58,802 bases of DNA from an uncultured Clostridia bacterium (GTDB taxonomy: Bacteria; Bacillota; Clostridia; TANB77; CAG-465), in NCBI GenBank assembly GCA_944383035.1, contig CALWOE010000001.1:1-58802 (forward strand). The letters are read 5' to 3'. Position 1 is the stretch's first letter; each line of letters opens with the position of its first letter. Below the pieces are notes generated by a model. The model saw only the letters and a program-made list of their open reading frames with translations, was not told the DNA's origin and searched no databases. The position numbers and the translations under genes were made by a program. Shown here in pieces: positions 1-10,026 of the stretch.

Positions 1-71
1 CTGACACTTCGTCGATACTTACGCGTGTATTGGACTTTCACCAACTAGATATATACCATGCACGGCACACC
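1..71 (-). ncRNA. Possible 5' portion of a structured RNA (RNase P RNA-like), truncated by the window edge
   Basis: This patch is locally GC-richer and lies right after the rpmA terminator. The minus strand reads GGTGTGCCGTGCATGGTATATATCTAGTTGGTGAAAGTCCAATACACGCGTAAGTATCGACGAAGTGTCAG. It contains GAAAGTCC (the CR-I core of RNase P RNA), then ACAC, a short hairpin, GAA and GTGT, which resembles the type-B P5/P5.1 layout. Only about 70 nt are visible and there is no room for a promoter. Confidence 0.2.
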
Positions 72-100
72 AAAAAAGACAGATATTAAATATCTGTCTT
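72..100 (-). terminator. Rho-independent terminator downstream of rpmA
   Basis: Minus strand AAGACAGATA-TTTAA-TATCTGTCTT (10-bp stem) followed by TTTTTT. Confidence 0.8.
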
Positions 101-108
101 AAATTTTA

Positions 109-369
109 CTATTTTTCTACTGGATAAACACTTGCTTTAGTTTTAGTTCTTCCTTTTCTTTCAAATTTTAAAACACCATCAACTAATGCAAATAATGTAT
201 CATCTTTACCGATACCAACATTTGTACCAGGATGTACTTTAGTACCTCTTTGTCTATAAATGATATTTCCAGCTAAAATAAATTGACCGTCAGCTCTTTT
301 AGCGCCTAATCTTTGTGCAGCACTATCTCTTCCATTTTTTGTAGAGCCGCCTCCTTTTTTATGTGCCAT
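109..369 (-). CDS. rpmA: 50S ribosomal protein L27
   Basis: Translation [22 protein letters not shown]... is the canonical L27 N-terminus. A GGAGAG RBS lies 9 nt upstream. Confidence 0.97.
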   Translation of the reverse strand: MAHKKGGGSTKNGRDSAAQRLGAKRADGQFILAGNIIYRQRGTKVHPGTNVGIGKDDTLFALVDGVLKFERKGRTKTKASVYPVEK

Positions 370-400
370 CGAAATTCACTCTCCTATCTTAAATTAATTT

Positions 401-799
401 TTAAGCTTCTTTTTTTTCTACTTTTTTATCTGCTTTTTCAGTTTTTTCTTCTGATTTAGCTGTAGTTTTTCTTGCTCTTGAAGCTGTTACTGTTATTTTT
501 TCAATTTGAATTTTTGTATATGGTTGTCTATGACCTCTCATTTTTCTTTCATTTTTCTTAGCTTTATATTTGTAAACTAAGACTTTTTTAGATTTGCCAT
601 GTCCAACAACACTAGCTTCAACTTTAGCACCTTTTACAGTATTTTCACCGATAGTTACTTTTTCACCATCAGATACTAAAAGTACCTTATCAAAAGTTAC
701 TGTTTTTCCTTCTTCAAGATTTTCTAATCTGTCAACAAAAACAATATCTCCTTCTTGTACTTTGTACTGTTTTCCACTAATTTCAACAATTGCGTACAT
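401..799 (-). CDS. rplU: 50S ribosomal protein L21 with a Lys/Glu-rich C-terminal extension
   Basis: [14 protein letters not shown]... is the L21 signature. The last ~30 aa ([28 protein letters not shown]) are an extra basic/acidic tail. Confidence 0.95.
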   Translation of the reverse strand: MYAIVEISGKQYKVQEGDIVFVDRLENLEEGKTVTFDKVLLVSDGEKVTIGENTVKGAKVEASVVGHGKSKKVLVYKYKAKKNERKMRGHRQPYTKIQIEKITVTASRARKTTAKSEEKTEKADKKVEKKEA

Positions 800-918
800 T
801 TTATTTCCTCCTTAATTCTAGCTTTTTCTCACCATTAAGGTAGTGGAGTTATCCACATTTTGCACCTTTTCTGTGTGGAATACTCAAATATTATACCATT
901 TAAAATATAAAAAGTCAA
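800..918 (-). promoter_or_regulatory. rplU promoter plus ~85-nt structured leader (L21-leader-like)
   Basis: Minus strand TTGACT (913-918), 17-nt spacer, TGgTATAAT (890-895). The leader contains hairpin TCCACA-N16-TGTGGA and a second short hairpin before the GGAGG RBS. Its position matches the known Firmicute L21 leader. Confidence 0.5.
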
Positions 919-946
919 CGAAAAAACATATAATTTGCTTTTTTTA

Positions 947-1480
947 TTACTTTTCTTGAATAAAAATTTCAAATTTTTTTAAAGCATCTTCAAATATATT
1001 ATTTAAATCTTGTAAATTAGATTTAGAAAATTTCTGAAGTACAAAATCTTTTAAATCTTGATTTTGATTTTTTAATCCACCAATCCCAATTTTTAATCTT
1101 CTAAAATCTTTAGAATTTAGCATTTTCACAATATTTTTTGCACCATTATGAGAGCCACCACTACCATTTAATCTATACTTTGTTTTTCCAAATTCTATAT
1201 CAATATCATCAAATACGACTAATATATCTTTAACATCTATCTTATAATAATTTTTTAACTTTACTACAGCATTACCACTTAAATTCATATATGTTTGTGG
1301 TTTTGCAAAAATTACTTTTTCATTATTTATAACTATCTGTGAAGTTAAACTATCACATTCTTTTTTAGTAATTTTAAAATTATAAATTTGTGATAAATAA
1401 TCTAAAAACATAAACCCAATATTATGTTTAGTAAATTCGTATTCTTTACCTGGATTTCCAAGTCCTACAACTAATTTCAC
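947..1480 (-). CDS. pth: Peptidyl-tRNA hydrolase
   Basis: MKLVVGLGNPGKEYEFTKHNIGF... is the conserved Pth N-terminal motif. Length is 177 aa. Confidence 0.93.
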   Translation of the reverse strand: MKLVVGLGNPGKEYEFTKHNIGFMFLDYLSQIYNFKITKKECDSLTSQIVINNEKVIFAKPQTYMNLSGNAVVKLKNYYKIDVKDILVVFDDIDIEFGKTKYRLNGSGGSHNGAKNIVKMLNSKDFRRLKIGIGGLKNQNQDLKDFVLQKFSKSNLQDLNNIFEDALKKFEIFIQEK

Positions 1481-1646
1481 ATCTTCACTTCCTTTATATG
1501 TTATTTTTGTTACAAATTCTTGTTATATACTTGAATTTTTTGTATATTTATAGTATCATTATTATATATTAACTTAATTAATATGTCAATTAAATATACA
1601 TGTAAATGTATATGATTATATAGAATACTGAAAGCGGTGATATAAC

Positions 1647-4145
1647 TTGTTAGATACAATATTTAAAAAGTTACATATTAAAAGTCCAGAAAAGATTTTA
1701 ACTTATATGTTTTATGGATTATCTGCACTGATTTGTTTAGGCGCAATAACTAAAATGCTTGGTTTTTTGGTTGGAAATATTAGAATAGAAAACAATATTT
1801 CTCCTTACCTATATGCAATATTTATTACTTTCCCTGTATTTGGATTTTGTTTTTTTGCTGCATCTAGTCTAGCAAAAAGTGATTTACACAAAATAAGAAT
1901 GTATATAGTAACATGTGTTCTAATTGCAATTACACTTGGTTCAATGACATGTACTTGGCTAAACAACATAATTTGGTATTTCTTAGAAATGATTCCAAAT
2001 TATTCTAAAGTTTATGCCCTATACCCAGAATTTTTCCCACCAGCAATTAAAACTGCATGTCTTGCAATACCATTTGTTGCTGTATTTAATATATTAGATT
2101 ACTTTCTAATTATCTTAAGAGATGAAGATTTGCCACAAGCAATTGGTGGATTTGCTGGTATTTCTCTTAAGAAAAAAAGTGAAACTGGAGCTTATTCTTG
2201 TGAAAATATTATTTGTAAAGCCAAGGGCTCTGCTGTACCTGTAGTTGTTCCAGAGAAAAAACGTTATGAAGCAACTTTAGTACAAGGTGCTACTGGTACT
2301 GGTAAAACAGCTACTGTACTTTTACCAATGAGTGCATTTGACTTAGAAAAAAAATTCTTCTTTAGAGAATATGCTAAAAAAATTGGTTATTCAATGCTAA
2401 AAAGAGGAATTGCATATATGGGCGGTCCGTTTACAAATGATTATGTAAATAGAAACTTCTCACTAAATTATTTAAGACCTCGTCGTGGTATGGAAGAACA
2501 ATTTATGACTGAAGTAAAACCAATAATGCAATATATAGATAACTCAACTGGCGAAATAACATATAGGAATTTGGGTATTACAGTTCTTGAAAATGACGGA
2601 AACTTTATTTCACAATTCATTGGAGTTGCAAAAAATTTTGATATTGAAGTATTAACAATTGATCCTGCTGCTCCTGAGACTACACTTAGTATTAATCCGT
2701 TTGCAATACCCGATGCATCAAAATGTGCATCTATTATCGGAGATGTTTTAAATGCAATGTATGAAAGTACTGGTGGTGGAAAACCAGGAGATCCATTCTT
2801 TACACAAGTAACAATGGATGCTTTCCAGAACTTATCTATTTTACTAAAAGAAATGTATCCTATTTTGCACAATGGAGAAATGGCAAGTTTAGAAAATATG
2901 CTAGAACTTTTATATAATTTTGATGCTGTTGAAGAAATGACAGAAGAAATGAAAAAAATTCCAGAGTTAGAACAAAAATATAAATTACTTATTAAATACT
3001 TTGAAAAGAATTTCTATAAGCCATCACTTAATATAAATGGATTTGAAATTCCAGGAACTCGTGGTAGTGGTAGAAAAGATACAGAAAAATTCTTGTATGG
3101 TGCTATTACACAACTTAATAACTTAATAAGACATCCTGGACTTAAAGCAGCACTTTGTGGAAAAGAAAATGTTATTGATTTTGATAAAGCTTTAAAAGAA
3201 GGTAAAGTAATAACTGCATGTTCTAGAAAAGGTGAACTTGGTATTTTACAAGCTAAAGCTTTTGGTATGTTCTTTATACTACAATTCCAAGATGCAGTAC
3301 TTAGAAGACCTGGTAATGAAGAATCAAGAACTCCACACTTTATGTATATAGATGAATTTCCAGAATATATTACCAAAGACATGGAAGTTATGTTTACATT
3401 ATTTAGAAAATATAGATGTGGTGTTACAATAGCAATCCAAAACTTATCACAACTTGAAAAAAGTGGAAAAAGTTATTATAGACAAACAGTTCTTGCAAAT
3501 ACAAAAACTCAAATTATATTTGGAGATACTGTACCAGAAGATAGTAGATATTGGTCTGAAGCATTTGGTAAAGTTAAAAAGCCAGATTATAATAGTAGCT
3601 TTAAAATATCTGATGATGGTAACATTGATAAAACAAGAACTATGAAAATGGAAGATAAATTAAGAGCAAAACCATTTAAAATTACAGATCAAGGATTTGG
3701 AGCAGTATTTTACAAGACAAAAACAGCTAGTGGTAAAACAGTATACGGTCAAGGAAAAACAAGTTTCCTAGATCCAAAATACAAAGAAAAAGCAAATGTT
3801 GCTATGTATAATTTTGAAAAGTATATGATGTCAAAGCCAGAGTCACCATCTATAACAATAAATGATAGTGACAGTTCAACAAATGATGATGCATTATTTG
3901 GTGTAAATACAACTTCAAAATTATCTGAAAAAATGAAAAGAATTGCTGATGAACCAATTATAGGTGTTAATAGCATGACAAATTTAGAACCACCAAAAAT
4001 GGAAACAACTGATAATATCGAACAAAACTTAGATGATTTTGAAATAATATTTGATGATACTGAAAACAAAGCTGAAAATGCAGAAACAGATGGTGGTGCT
4101 ATAACAGAAAATTATGAATCACCTACAATTAAGCATAACAAATAA
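1647..4145 (+). CDS. Membrane-anchored VirD4/TraG/TraD-like (type IV coupling protein-like) P-loop ATPase
   Basis: About 4-5 N-terminal TM helices. Walker A is QGATGTGKTAT and the Walker-B-like motif is HFMYIDEFPEY. The RKYRCGVTIAIQNLSQLEK block is typical of the TraM-recognition/T4CP C-terminal domain. The C-terminal tail is acidic and low-complexity. TTG start is as given in the track, so the start is uncertain. Confidence 0.75.
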   Translation: MLDTIFKKLHIKSPEKILTYMFYGLSALICLGAITKMLGFLVGNIRIENNISPYLYAIFITFPVFGFCFFAASSLAKSDLHKIRMYIVTCVLIAITLGSMTCTWLNNIIWYFLEMIPNYSKVYALYPEFFPPAIKTACLAIPFVAVFNILDYFLIILRDEDLPQAIGGFAGISLKKKSETGAYSCENIICKAKGSAVPVVVPEKKRYEATLVQGATGTGKTATVLLPMSAFDLEKKFFFREYAKKIGYSMLKRGIAYMGGPFTNDYVNRNFSLNYLRPRRGMEEQFMTEVKPIMQYIDNSTGEITYRNLGITVLENDGNFISQFIGVAKNFDIEVLTIDPAAPETTLSINPFAIPDASKCASIIGDVLNAMYESTGGGKPGDPFFTQVTMDAFQNLSILLKEMYPILHNGEMASLENMLELLYNFDAVEEMTEEMKKIPELEQKYKLLIKYFEKNFYKPSLNINGFEIPGTRGSGRKDTEKFLYGAITQLNNLIRHPGLKAALCGKENVIDFDKALKEGKVITACSRKGELGILQAKAFGMFFILQFQDAVLRRPGNEESRTPHFMYIDEFPEYITKDMEVMFTLFRKYRCGVTIAIQNLSQLEKSGKSYYRQTVLANTKTQIIFGDTVPEDSRYWSEAFGKVKKPDYNSSFKISDDGNIDKTRTMKMEDKLRAKPFKITDQGFGAVFYKTKTASGKTVYGQGKTSFLDPKYKEKANVAMYNFEKYMMSKPESPSITINDSDSSTNDDALFGVNTTSKLSEKMKRIADEPIIGVNSMTNLEPPKMETTDNIEQNLDDFEIIFDDTENKAENAETDGGAITENYESPTIKHNK

Positions 4146-4146
4146 A

Positions 4147-4171
4147 ACTTAGGATATTCCTAAGTTTTTTA
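4147..4171 (+). terminator. Rho-independent terminator after the T4CP-like gene
   Basis: ACTTAGGA-TAT-TCCTAAGT followed by TTTTTT. Confidence 0.75.
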
Positions 4172-4233
4172 TTTTTTATTTTCTTGAACTTTTTTTGTAT
4201 TTATGGTATTATTTAAAAAATGGAGGGAAATAT

Positions 4234-4632
4234 ATGAAATTTAAAATTCCTTTTAAAAATAATATATCAAATTCAGAAAAAATTATTATTTATACATCAT
4301 TAATTATGATTTTAATACATATACTTGGATGTGTTTATCAACTTATAACTAAAGCTCCAATTTGGGCTATAATTCTAAAAATAATATATATAGTATTATT
4401 TACTATTCTTATAATAAAATTAAGTAAAAGAGATAATTTTGCTAAAATTACAACTATTTTACTTTTTATGATGTCTATTATTAGTATTTTTGTATCTCAT
4501 GATTTCTTATCTATATTAGTAATTATATATATTTCATATAATTTATATTTAAGTTATGGTAATACAGTTACAATTCAAAAGAAAGAAACAAATAAAAAAA
4601 GTAGTAAAAATACAAAAATAAAGAATAAATAG
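4234..4632 (+). CDS. Small polytopic membrane protein, function unknown
   Basis: ATG at 4234 is preceded by a GGAGGG RBS, so the track start at 4195 is probably too early. Four hydrophobic helices and a Lys-rich C-terminus. Confidence 0.6.
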   Translation: MKFKIPFKNNISNSEKIIIYTSLIMILIHILGCVYQLITKAPIWAIILKIIYIVLFTILIIKLSKRDNFAKITTILLFMMSIISIFVSHDFLSILVIIYISYNLYLSYGNTVTIQKKETNKKSSKNTKIKNK

Positions 4633-4640
4633 TAAAAGAT

Positions 4641-4668
4641 AAACAGGCTTGTTTTTTCAAGCCTGTTT
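4641..4668. terminator. Bidirectional terminator between convergent genes
   Basis: AAACAGGCTT-N8-AAGCCTGTTT with A/T runs on both sides. It lies between the small membrane gene (+) and sigA (-). Confidence 0.8.
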
Positions 4669-4670
4669 AT

Positions 4671-5996
4671 TTATGATTCTGAATTCATAAAATCTTTTAA
4701 TCTTTTACTTCTACTTGGATGTCTTAATTTTCTTAATGCTTTTGCTTCTATTTGTCTTATTCTCTCACGAGTAACATCAAATTCTTTACCAACTTCTTCT
4801 AATGTTCTCATTCTTCCATCTTCTAAGCCAAATCTTAATTTTAGTACTTTTGCCTCTCTAGGTGTAAGTGTTTGCATAACATCTTCAATATGTTCTCTAA
4901 GTAATACATCTGCTGCTTGTTCAGATGGAGATGGTGCATCATCATCAGGAATAAAGTTTCCAAGATTACTCTCATCTTCTTCACCAACAGGTGTTTCAAG
5001 AGAAATTGGTTCTTGTGCAACTTTTAAAACTTCTCTTACTTTTTCAACAGGCATTTCTAATTCTTCAGCTATTTCTTCTGGTGTTGGTTCTCTACCTAGA
5101 GTTTGTAACAAATGTCTTGATGTACGCATTAATTTATTTATTGTTTCAACCATATGAACTGGTATTCTAATTGTTCTTGCTTGATCTGCTATAGCACGTG
5201 TAATTGCTTGTCTTATCCACCATGTTGCATATGTACTAAACTTATATCCTTTTGATTGATCAAATTTATCCACTGCTTTAATTAATCCTAAATTTCCTTC
5301 TTGAATTAAATCCAAAAAGTGCATTCCTCTACCAATATATTTTTTTGCAATACTTACAACAAGTCTTAAATTAGATTCAATAAGTTGTTTTTTTGCTTCT
5401 TGATCTCCATTTAACATTCTTTCTGCAAGTTCATTTTCTTCTTCATAAGTAAGTAATTTAATTTTTCCAATTTCTTTTAAAAACATTTTTACTGGATCAT
5501 CTACATTTAAGTTTTCTACAAAAGACATATCTTTCATATCATCTAGTAAAATATTTTTTTCTATCTCTGTTATATCTTCAAGATTAGGTTCTATATCAAG
5601 CTCTGCAACAGAATTTTGATCATCAGAAGAACTTTTTTCTTCAGTCTCATTTCCACCTTGTTCTACTAACACTCTATTTGCTTTACTAAGTAAATTAGCT
5701 TTTTCTTCTTTTGAAATTTCTTCTTTTTCATCAAGAACTATATTTATTCCTGATTTTGCAAAGTAATCATATATTTTTGCAACATTCTCTGGACTAATAT
5801 TATTTTTATCTATAAATTCAATAATATCTTTATATGATACTTTTTTAGATTTTCCACATTTTTTTATAAATTCATTTAATACACTTTTATTTAAAGTTTC
5901 TGCTTTATTTTCTTTTTTATCATCTGTAACTTTTTCTTTTTCTATATTTTTTATTTTTTTTATATTGTTTTCATTTACGTTTGTCTCTTTTTTCAT
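4671..5996 (-). CDS. sigA: Primary RNA polymerase sigma factor (sigma-70/SigA)
   Basis: Regions 2-4 are recognisable ([57 protein letters not shown]). It sits downstream of dnaG as in the classical operon. Confidence 0.96.
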   Translation of the reverse strand: MKKETNVNENNIKKIKNIEKEKVTDDKKENKAETLNKSVLNEFIKKCGKSKKVSYKDIIEFIDKNNISPENVAKIYDYFAKSGINIVLDEKEEISKEEKANLLSKANRVLVEQGGNETEEKSSSDDQNSVAELDIEPNLEDITEIEKNILLDDMKDMSFVENLNVDDPVKMFLKEIGKIKLLTYEEENELAERMLNGDQEAKKQLIESNLRLVVSIAKKYIGRGMHFLDLIQEGNLGLIKAVDKFDQSKGYKFSTYATWWIRQAITRAIADQARTIRIPVHMVETINKLMRTSRHLLQTLGREPTPEEIAEELEMPVEKVREVLKVAQEPISLETPVGEEDESNLGNFIPDDDAPSPSEQAADVLLREHIEDVMQTLTPREAKVLKLRFGLEDGRMRTLEEVGKEFDVTRERIRQIEAKALRKLRHPSRSKRLKDFMNSES

Positions 5997-6009
5997 TAAA
6001 TTATCTCCT

Positions 6010-7827
6010 TTATTTAAGTTTTGATAACTCTACTATTATTTGATTTAATTCAAGTTGTAATATTTCCATTTCATCTTTTGATATATTTTCTGATGTTCTT
6101 TTTAAAATCTCATCCCTTCTTAAATATAGTCTTTCCTTCATTTTATTTTTCAATACATCTGTAAGTAACTTTTTCCTATCTGTTTGCGAAATATCGATAT
6201 ACATTATATCAGTGATTTCCTTCATAAGTTCTTCATCATGTATTTTTGTTATAACATCAATTTTTGATAAATCATTTGTTTTTGAAAGATCAATTAAAAA
6301 GGAATATACTTTTTTTACTTCTTTATTTTCAATATCTTCTAATTTTATCTTATCAAATATTTCTTTTATTATTTCCTTATCTTTACTCAAAAGTAATGCT
6401 ATTATATATTGTTCTTGACGCTTCTTCATATTTGTTACAAGTCTCATTTTCCTATTTAACATTTGTGTGTCGATAACTAAATCATCATTCTTACTCATAG
6501 AAGATTTAATTTTTCTTTCCACCTCTTTTAAAATTGGACCTGTAGCAATTTTATACTTATTAGAAACTTTTTCAATATATATTTCTCTTTCTATATTATT
6601 ATCAATTTTTGCTAATATATCAGCTACTCCAGTTAGAAATTTAATTTTGGTATCAACATTATTTACATCTAAATCTTTTTCTAACTTTGAAATCTTAAAT
6701 TCTACTAATGAAATTGCATTTTTTACACAATTTCTAAAGCGTTCTACTCCATATTTATTTATATATTCATCTGGATCTTTAACATCTTTTTTATCTAACA
6801 CTAAAACTTTAACATTTAAATTTTTAGCAACTAAAATATCAAGTCCACGTAATGTTGCTTCTTGCCCAGCGCCATCTTGATCATATCCAATTATAACATT
6901 ATCGGTATATTTTTTTATAAGTCTTGCTTGATTTTCTGTAAGTGCCGTACCTAAAGATGCAACTGCATTTGTTACTCCACTTTTTTGCAAAGCTATTGCA
7001 TCCATATATCCTTCTACTATTATAATACTATCTAATTTTTCTTTTCTAGCAAGATTCATAGCATATAACGTTTTTCCTTTATGATAGATATCATTTTCTG
7101 GAGAATTTATATATTTAGGTAATGAATTATCTAAAACTCTTCCTCCAAAAGCTATTATTTTATCTTTTACATCCAATATTGGGAACATTAATCTAGAAAA
7201 ATATCTATCATATATCTTCCCTTTTTCATTTTGAACAACTACATCTGACTTTAAAATATCTTCTTTTTTATATCCAAGATTAATTAAATAATCATATAAA
7301 GGAATTTTTCCATTTGCATATCCTATAGCAAATCTTTTCAATGTTTTCATATCAAATTTTCTTTTGATTATATAATCTTTTACATGATTTGACTTTTCTT
7401 TTAAAAGTTCCATTAAATTGTTGTGATAATATATAGCTATATCTTTATACATTTTATATAATGTTTCTTTGAAATCTTTTTTACTTTCATTATATTTTGT
7501 ATTAAATGTTTTTATTTCATATTTACTAAGATCTATATGTGCTCTTTCTGCTAAAAACTCAAGCGCATCATAAAATTCAAGATTTTCAATTTTCATTATA
7601 AAAGTTATAACATTACCACCTTGAGAACATCCAAAACATTTAAATATTTGCTTATCCATAGACACGCAAAAAGAAGGTGTTCTTTCTCTATGAAAAGGAC
7701 AAAGCCCCATAAAGTTTCTACCGCTTTTTTTTAAGTGTACATATTCAGAAATTACCTCTACAATATCATTTTGTGATATTACTTCTTCTATTAAATCATC
7801 TGAATAAAATGCCACTTTTTTATTCAC
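6010..7827 (-). CDS. dnaG: DNA primase
   Basis: Zinc-ribbon [14 protein letters not shown]...CFGC, a TOPRIM region ([23 protein letters not shown]), 605 aa. Confidence 0.95.
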   Translation of the reverse strand: MNKKVAFYSDDLIEEVISQNDIVEVISEYVHLKKSGRNFMGLCPFHRERTPSFCVSMDKQIFKCFGCSQGGNVITFIMKIENLEFYDALEFLAERAHIDLSKYEIKTFNTKYNESKKDFKETLYKMYKDIAIYYHNNLMELLKEKSNHVKDYIIKRKFDMKTLKRFAIGYANGKIPLYDYLINLGYKKEDILKSDVVVQNEKGKIYDRYFSRLMFPILDVKDKIIAFGGRVLDNSLPKYINSPENDIYHKGKTLYAMNLARKEKLDSIIIVEGYMDAIALQKSGVTNAVASLGTALTENQARLIKKYTDNVIIGYDQDGAGQEATLRGLDILVAKNLNVKVLVLDKKDVKDPDEYINKYGVERFRNCVKNAISLVEFKISKLEKDLDVNNVDTKIKFLTGVADILAKIDNNIEREIYIEKVSNKYKIATGPILKEVERKIKSSMSKNDDLVIDTQMLNRKMRLVTNMKKRQEQYIIALLLSKDKEIIKEIFDKIKLEDIENKEVKKVYSFLIDLSKTNDLSKIDVITKIHDEELMKEITDIMYIDISQTDRKKLLTDVLKNKMKERLYLRRDEILKRTSENISKDEMEILQLELNQIIVELSKLK

Positions 7828-7835
7828 CTTCCTTT

Positions 7836-9083
7836 TTATGCAACTAACATTTTTACTCTTTCATCTCTATTTAAATATAAATTTGAAGTATTTATTATTG
7901 CTATAATAACAAGTAAAATAGCAAATAATGGTTGATATATAAATACTGCTTTAGTAGTAAAAGCAACAGTTAAAAATATTAAGATAAATATTAACTTTAT
8001 AATTGTAGATTTTGTATCATATCTTCTTCTTAAGAAAAATGATAATAATTCTATTAAAACTATATAAACAAAAAGTATCATATAATAAGTAGTTGACGTA
8101 CTCAAAAACATATTTGAGAAATTAGTTATAGATGAAATATTAATATTACTTATTATAATTTTTAAGTTTGAGTTTAAATTTATAATACTATCAAATATTT
8201 GCATATTATAAAATGAGTTTATATATTTTATACCATTTACTAAACCAAAATATACTAATATAGCAAAAAAAGCTATTATTACTATACTAACATATAATTT
8301 ATTAATATTTATTCTTTCAATTTTATATAAATCTTCTCTTTTTTCCTGAGTTAATTTTGACATCATTTTTTTTGGAAAATTAATATGTGTATTATCTAGA
8401 TTAAATGTAATAAATATACTAAATAACATAAGAATAATATATACATAAAAATTAATTCCAAATAAAACTGAAAATCCTATTAATACCCCAAGTAATACTG
8501 ATAAAATCACATATTTTTTTGTTCTTAAGCCACGTTGTTTTAATTCATCAATTAAAACTTGTAATACAAATAATGCAGCAAAAAAAACTAACATTAATAA
8601 TTTAGAATTTATAAAGTATGTTTTATCTAATATAACATTTGGTAAAGTTGTAGCACCAAACATAGCAAGAACTGACAACATATCACTCTTAGATATATTA
8701 AATATAATTTTCTTTACAAATATACATATAAAATAGTTAATAATTAAAGAAAATACAATAAATTTAATTGAAGCGTTATCTAAAATATTTCTCATACTAA
8801 TATAAGATGCAATTAAATTTACTATTGTAATATAAATATATCTATATATAAGTGAACTACTTCTTTGTACTTTCATCCTATATAATTTTTCTTTTATATA
8901 CATATATATTAATACTAATAATATTAAAACTATAACGTAGCCTACTTTTATAAGATTTGAAGTCACAGAATTTGTGACTCCAAACCCATTTTTTATTACT
9001 CCTATATTTAAATAAATTAAAAACAATGTAAATATCACAAACACTGCTACTATTAAACTACGTGAAATTTTACTTTTTAACAT
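7836..9083 (-). CDS. Polytopic integral membrane protein, function unknown
   Basis: 415 aa and at least 10 hydrophobic segments. It lies 8 nt upstream of dnaG and downstream of a sugar nucleotidyltransferase gene. I recognise no family motif. Confidence 0.65.
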   Translation of the reverse strand: MLKSKISRSLIVAVFVIFTLFLIYLNIGVIKNGFGVTNSVTSNLIKVGYVIVLILLVLIYMYIKEKLYRMKVQRSSSLIYRYIYITIVNLIASYISMRNILDNASIKFIVFSLIINYFICIFVKKIIFNISKSDMLSVLAMFGATTLPNVILDKTYFINSKLLMLVFFAALFVLQVLIDELKQRGLRTKKYVILSVLLGVLIGFSVLFGINFYVYIILMLFSIFITFNLDNTHINFPKKMMSKLTQEKREDLYKIERININKLYVSIVIIAFFAILVYFGLVNGIKYINSFYNMQIFDSIINLNSNLKIIISNINISSITNFSNMFLSTSTTYYMILFVYIVLIELLSFFLRRRYDTKSTIIKLIFILIFLTVAFTTKAVFIYQPLFAILLVIIAIINTSNLYLNRDERVKMLVA

Positions 9084-9148
9084 AATTTATACCCACTTCT
9101 ATTTGAATTTTATTTACTTTTGCTTTTGTTTATTTAAATAATTTAAAA

Positions 9149-9886
9149 TTATTTTTTATTACTATATAGTTCATTAACTTGTGCTAATGCATCATGAGTT
9201 CCTACATCAAAGCAATCTCCTTCAAATGCATATGCATATACTGGCATTATTTTATAAAGATAACTTACTAAATTACCAGGTGCATCACAAGAATTTCCTT
9301 CATCTAAATATGTTTTAATATTCTTTAAAACTTCTCTTGGATATATATATTCAGCATAAGCTGCATATTCTCCTTTTGGTTCTGCTGGTTTTTCTTCAAA
9401 ACTTAATACTTTCATATTTTCATCTAATTCAACAACACCAAGTCTTTTTAAAAGTTCTCTATCTTCTTTTTTTACACATATACAAGGTGCTTTTTTCTTT
9501 GAATAAAATTCAGCAAAATCTTTAAGTTCAAAATCAAATAAATTATCTGATGCTAATACTAAAATATCATCATCAATTTTTGCTTGTTCAATTGTAAAAT
9601 TAATATCACCAATTGCACCTAATCTATCCTCATTATTAGTTGTTTTGTCATTAAATACAGTAATTGGCTTTATATTATTTTTTTCTGTAGCCCATTTTTC
9701 AAAATGTGGTGTATATTTAGCATTTGTTACTAAATATATTTCATCAATTTCATCTATTTTATTAATCTTATCTAAAGTATAATCAATTATTGGTCTTCCA
9801 CCAACTTCAAGTAATGCTTTTGGAAAATTTTCAGTAAGTGGAAATAATCTAGTAGCATAACCTGCACATAATAAAATACATTTCAT
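9149..9886 (-). CDS. Sugar-phosphate nucleotidyltransferase (NTP_transferase family)
   Basis: N-terminus MKCILLCAGYATRLFPLTENFPKALLEVGGRPIIDY matches the G-x-G-T-R-L nucleotidyltransferase signature. Confidence 0.85.
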   Translation of the reverse strand: MKCILLCAGYATRLFPLTENFPKALLEVGGRPIIDYTLDKINKIDEIDEIYLVTNAKYTPHFEKWATEKNNIKPITVFNDKTTNNEDRLGAIGDINFTIEQAKIDDDILVLASDNLFDFELKDFAEFYSKKKAPCICVKKEDRELLKRLGVVELDENMKVLSFEEKPAEPKGEYAAYAEYIYPREVLKNIKTYLDEGNSCDAPGNLVSYLYKIMPVYAYAFEGDCFDVGTHDALAQVNELYSNKK

Positions 9887-10026
9887 AAAAACTCTCTCCT
9901 TACTATCAAATAAATAGTCTAAAAAAGATAGACTTTGTCACATTATATCATATTAAAATCTAATTTTCAAGCTTAAATAACATAATATTTAAGCCTGCGA
10001 CTATTAATAAGTAGCAGGCTATTTCA

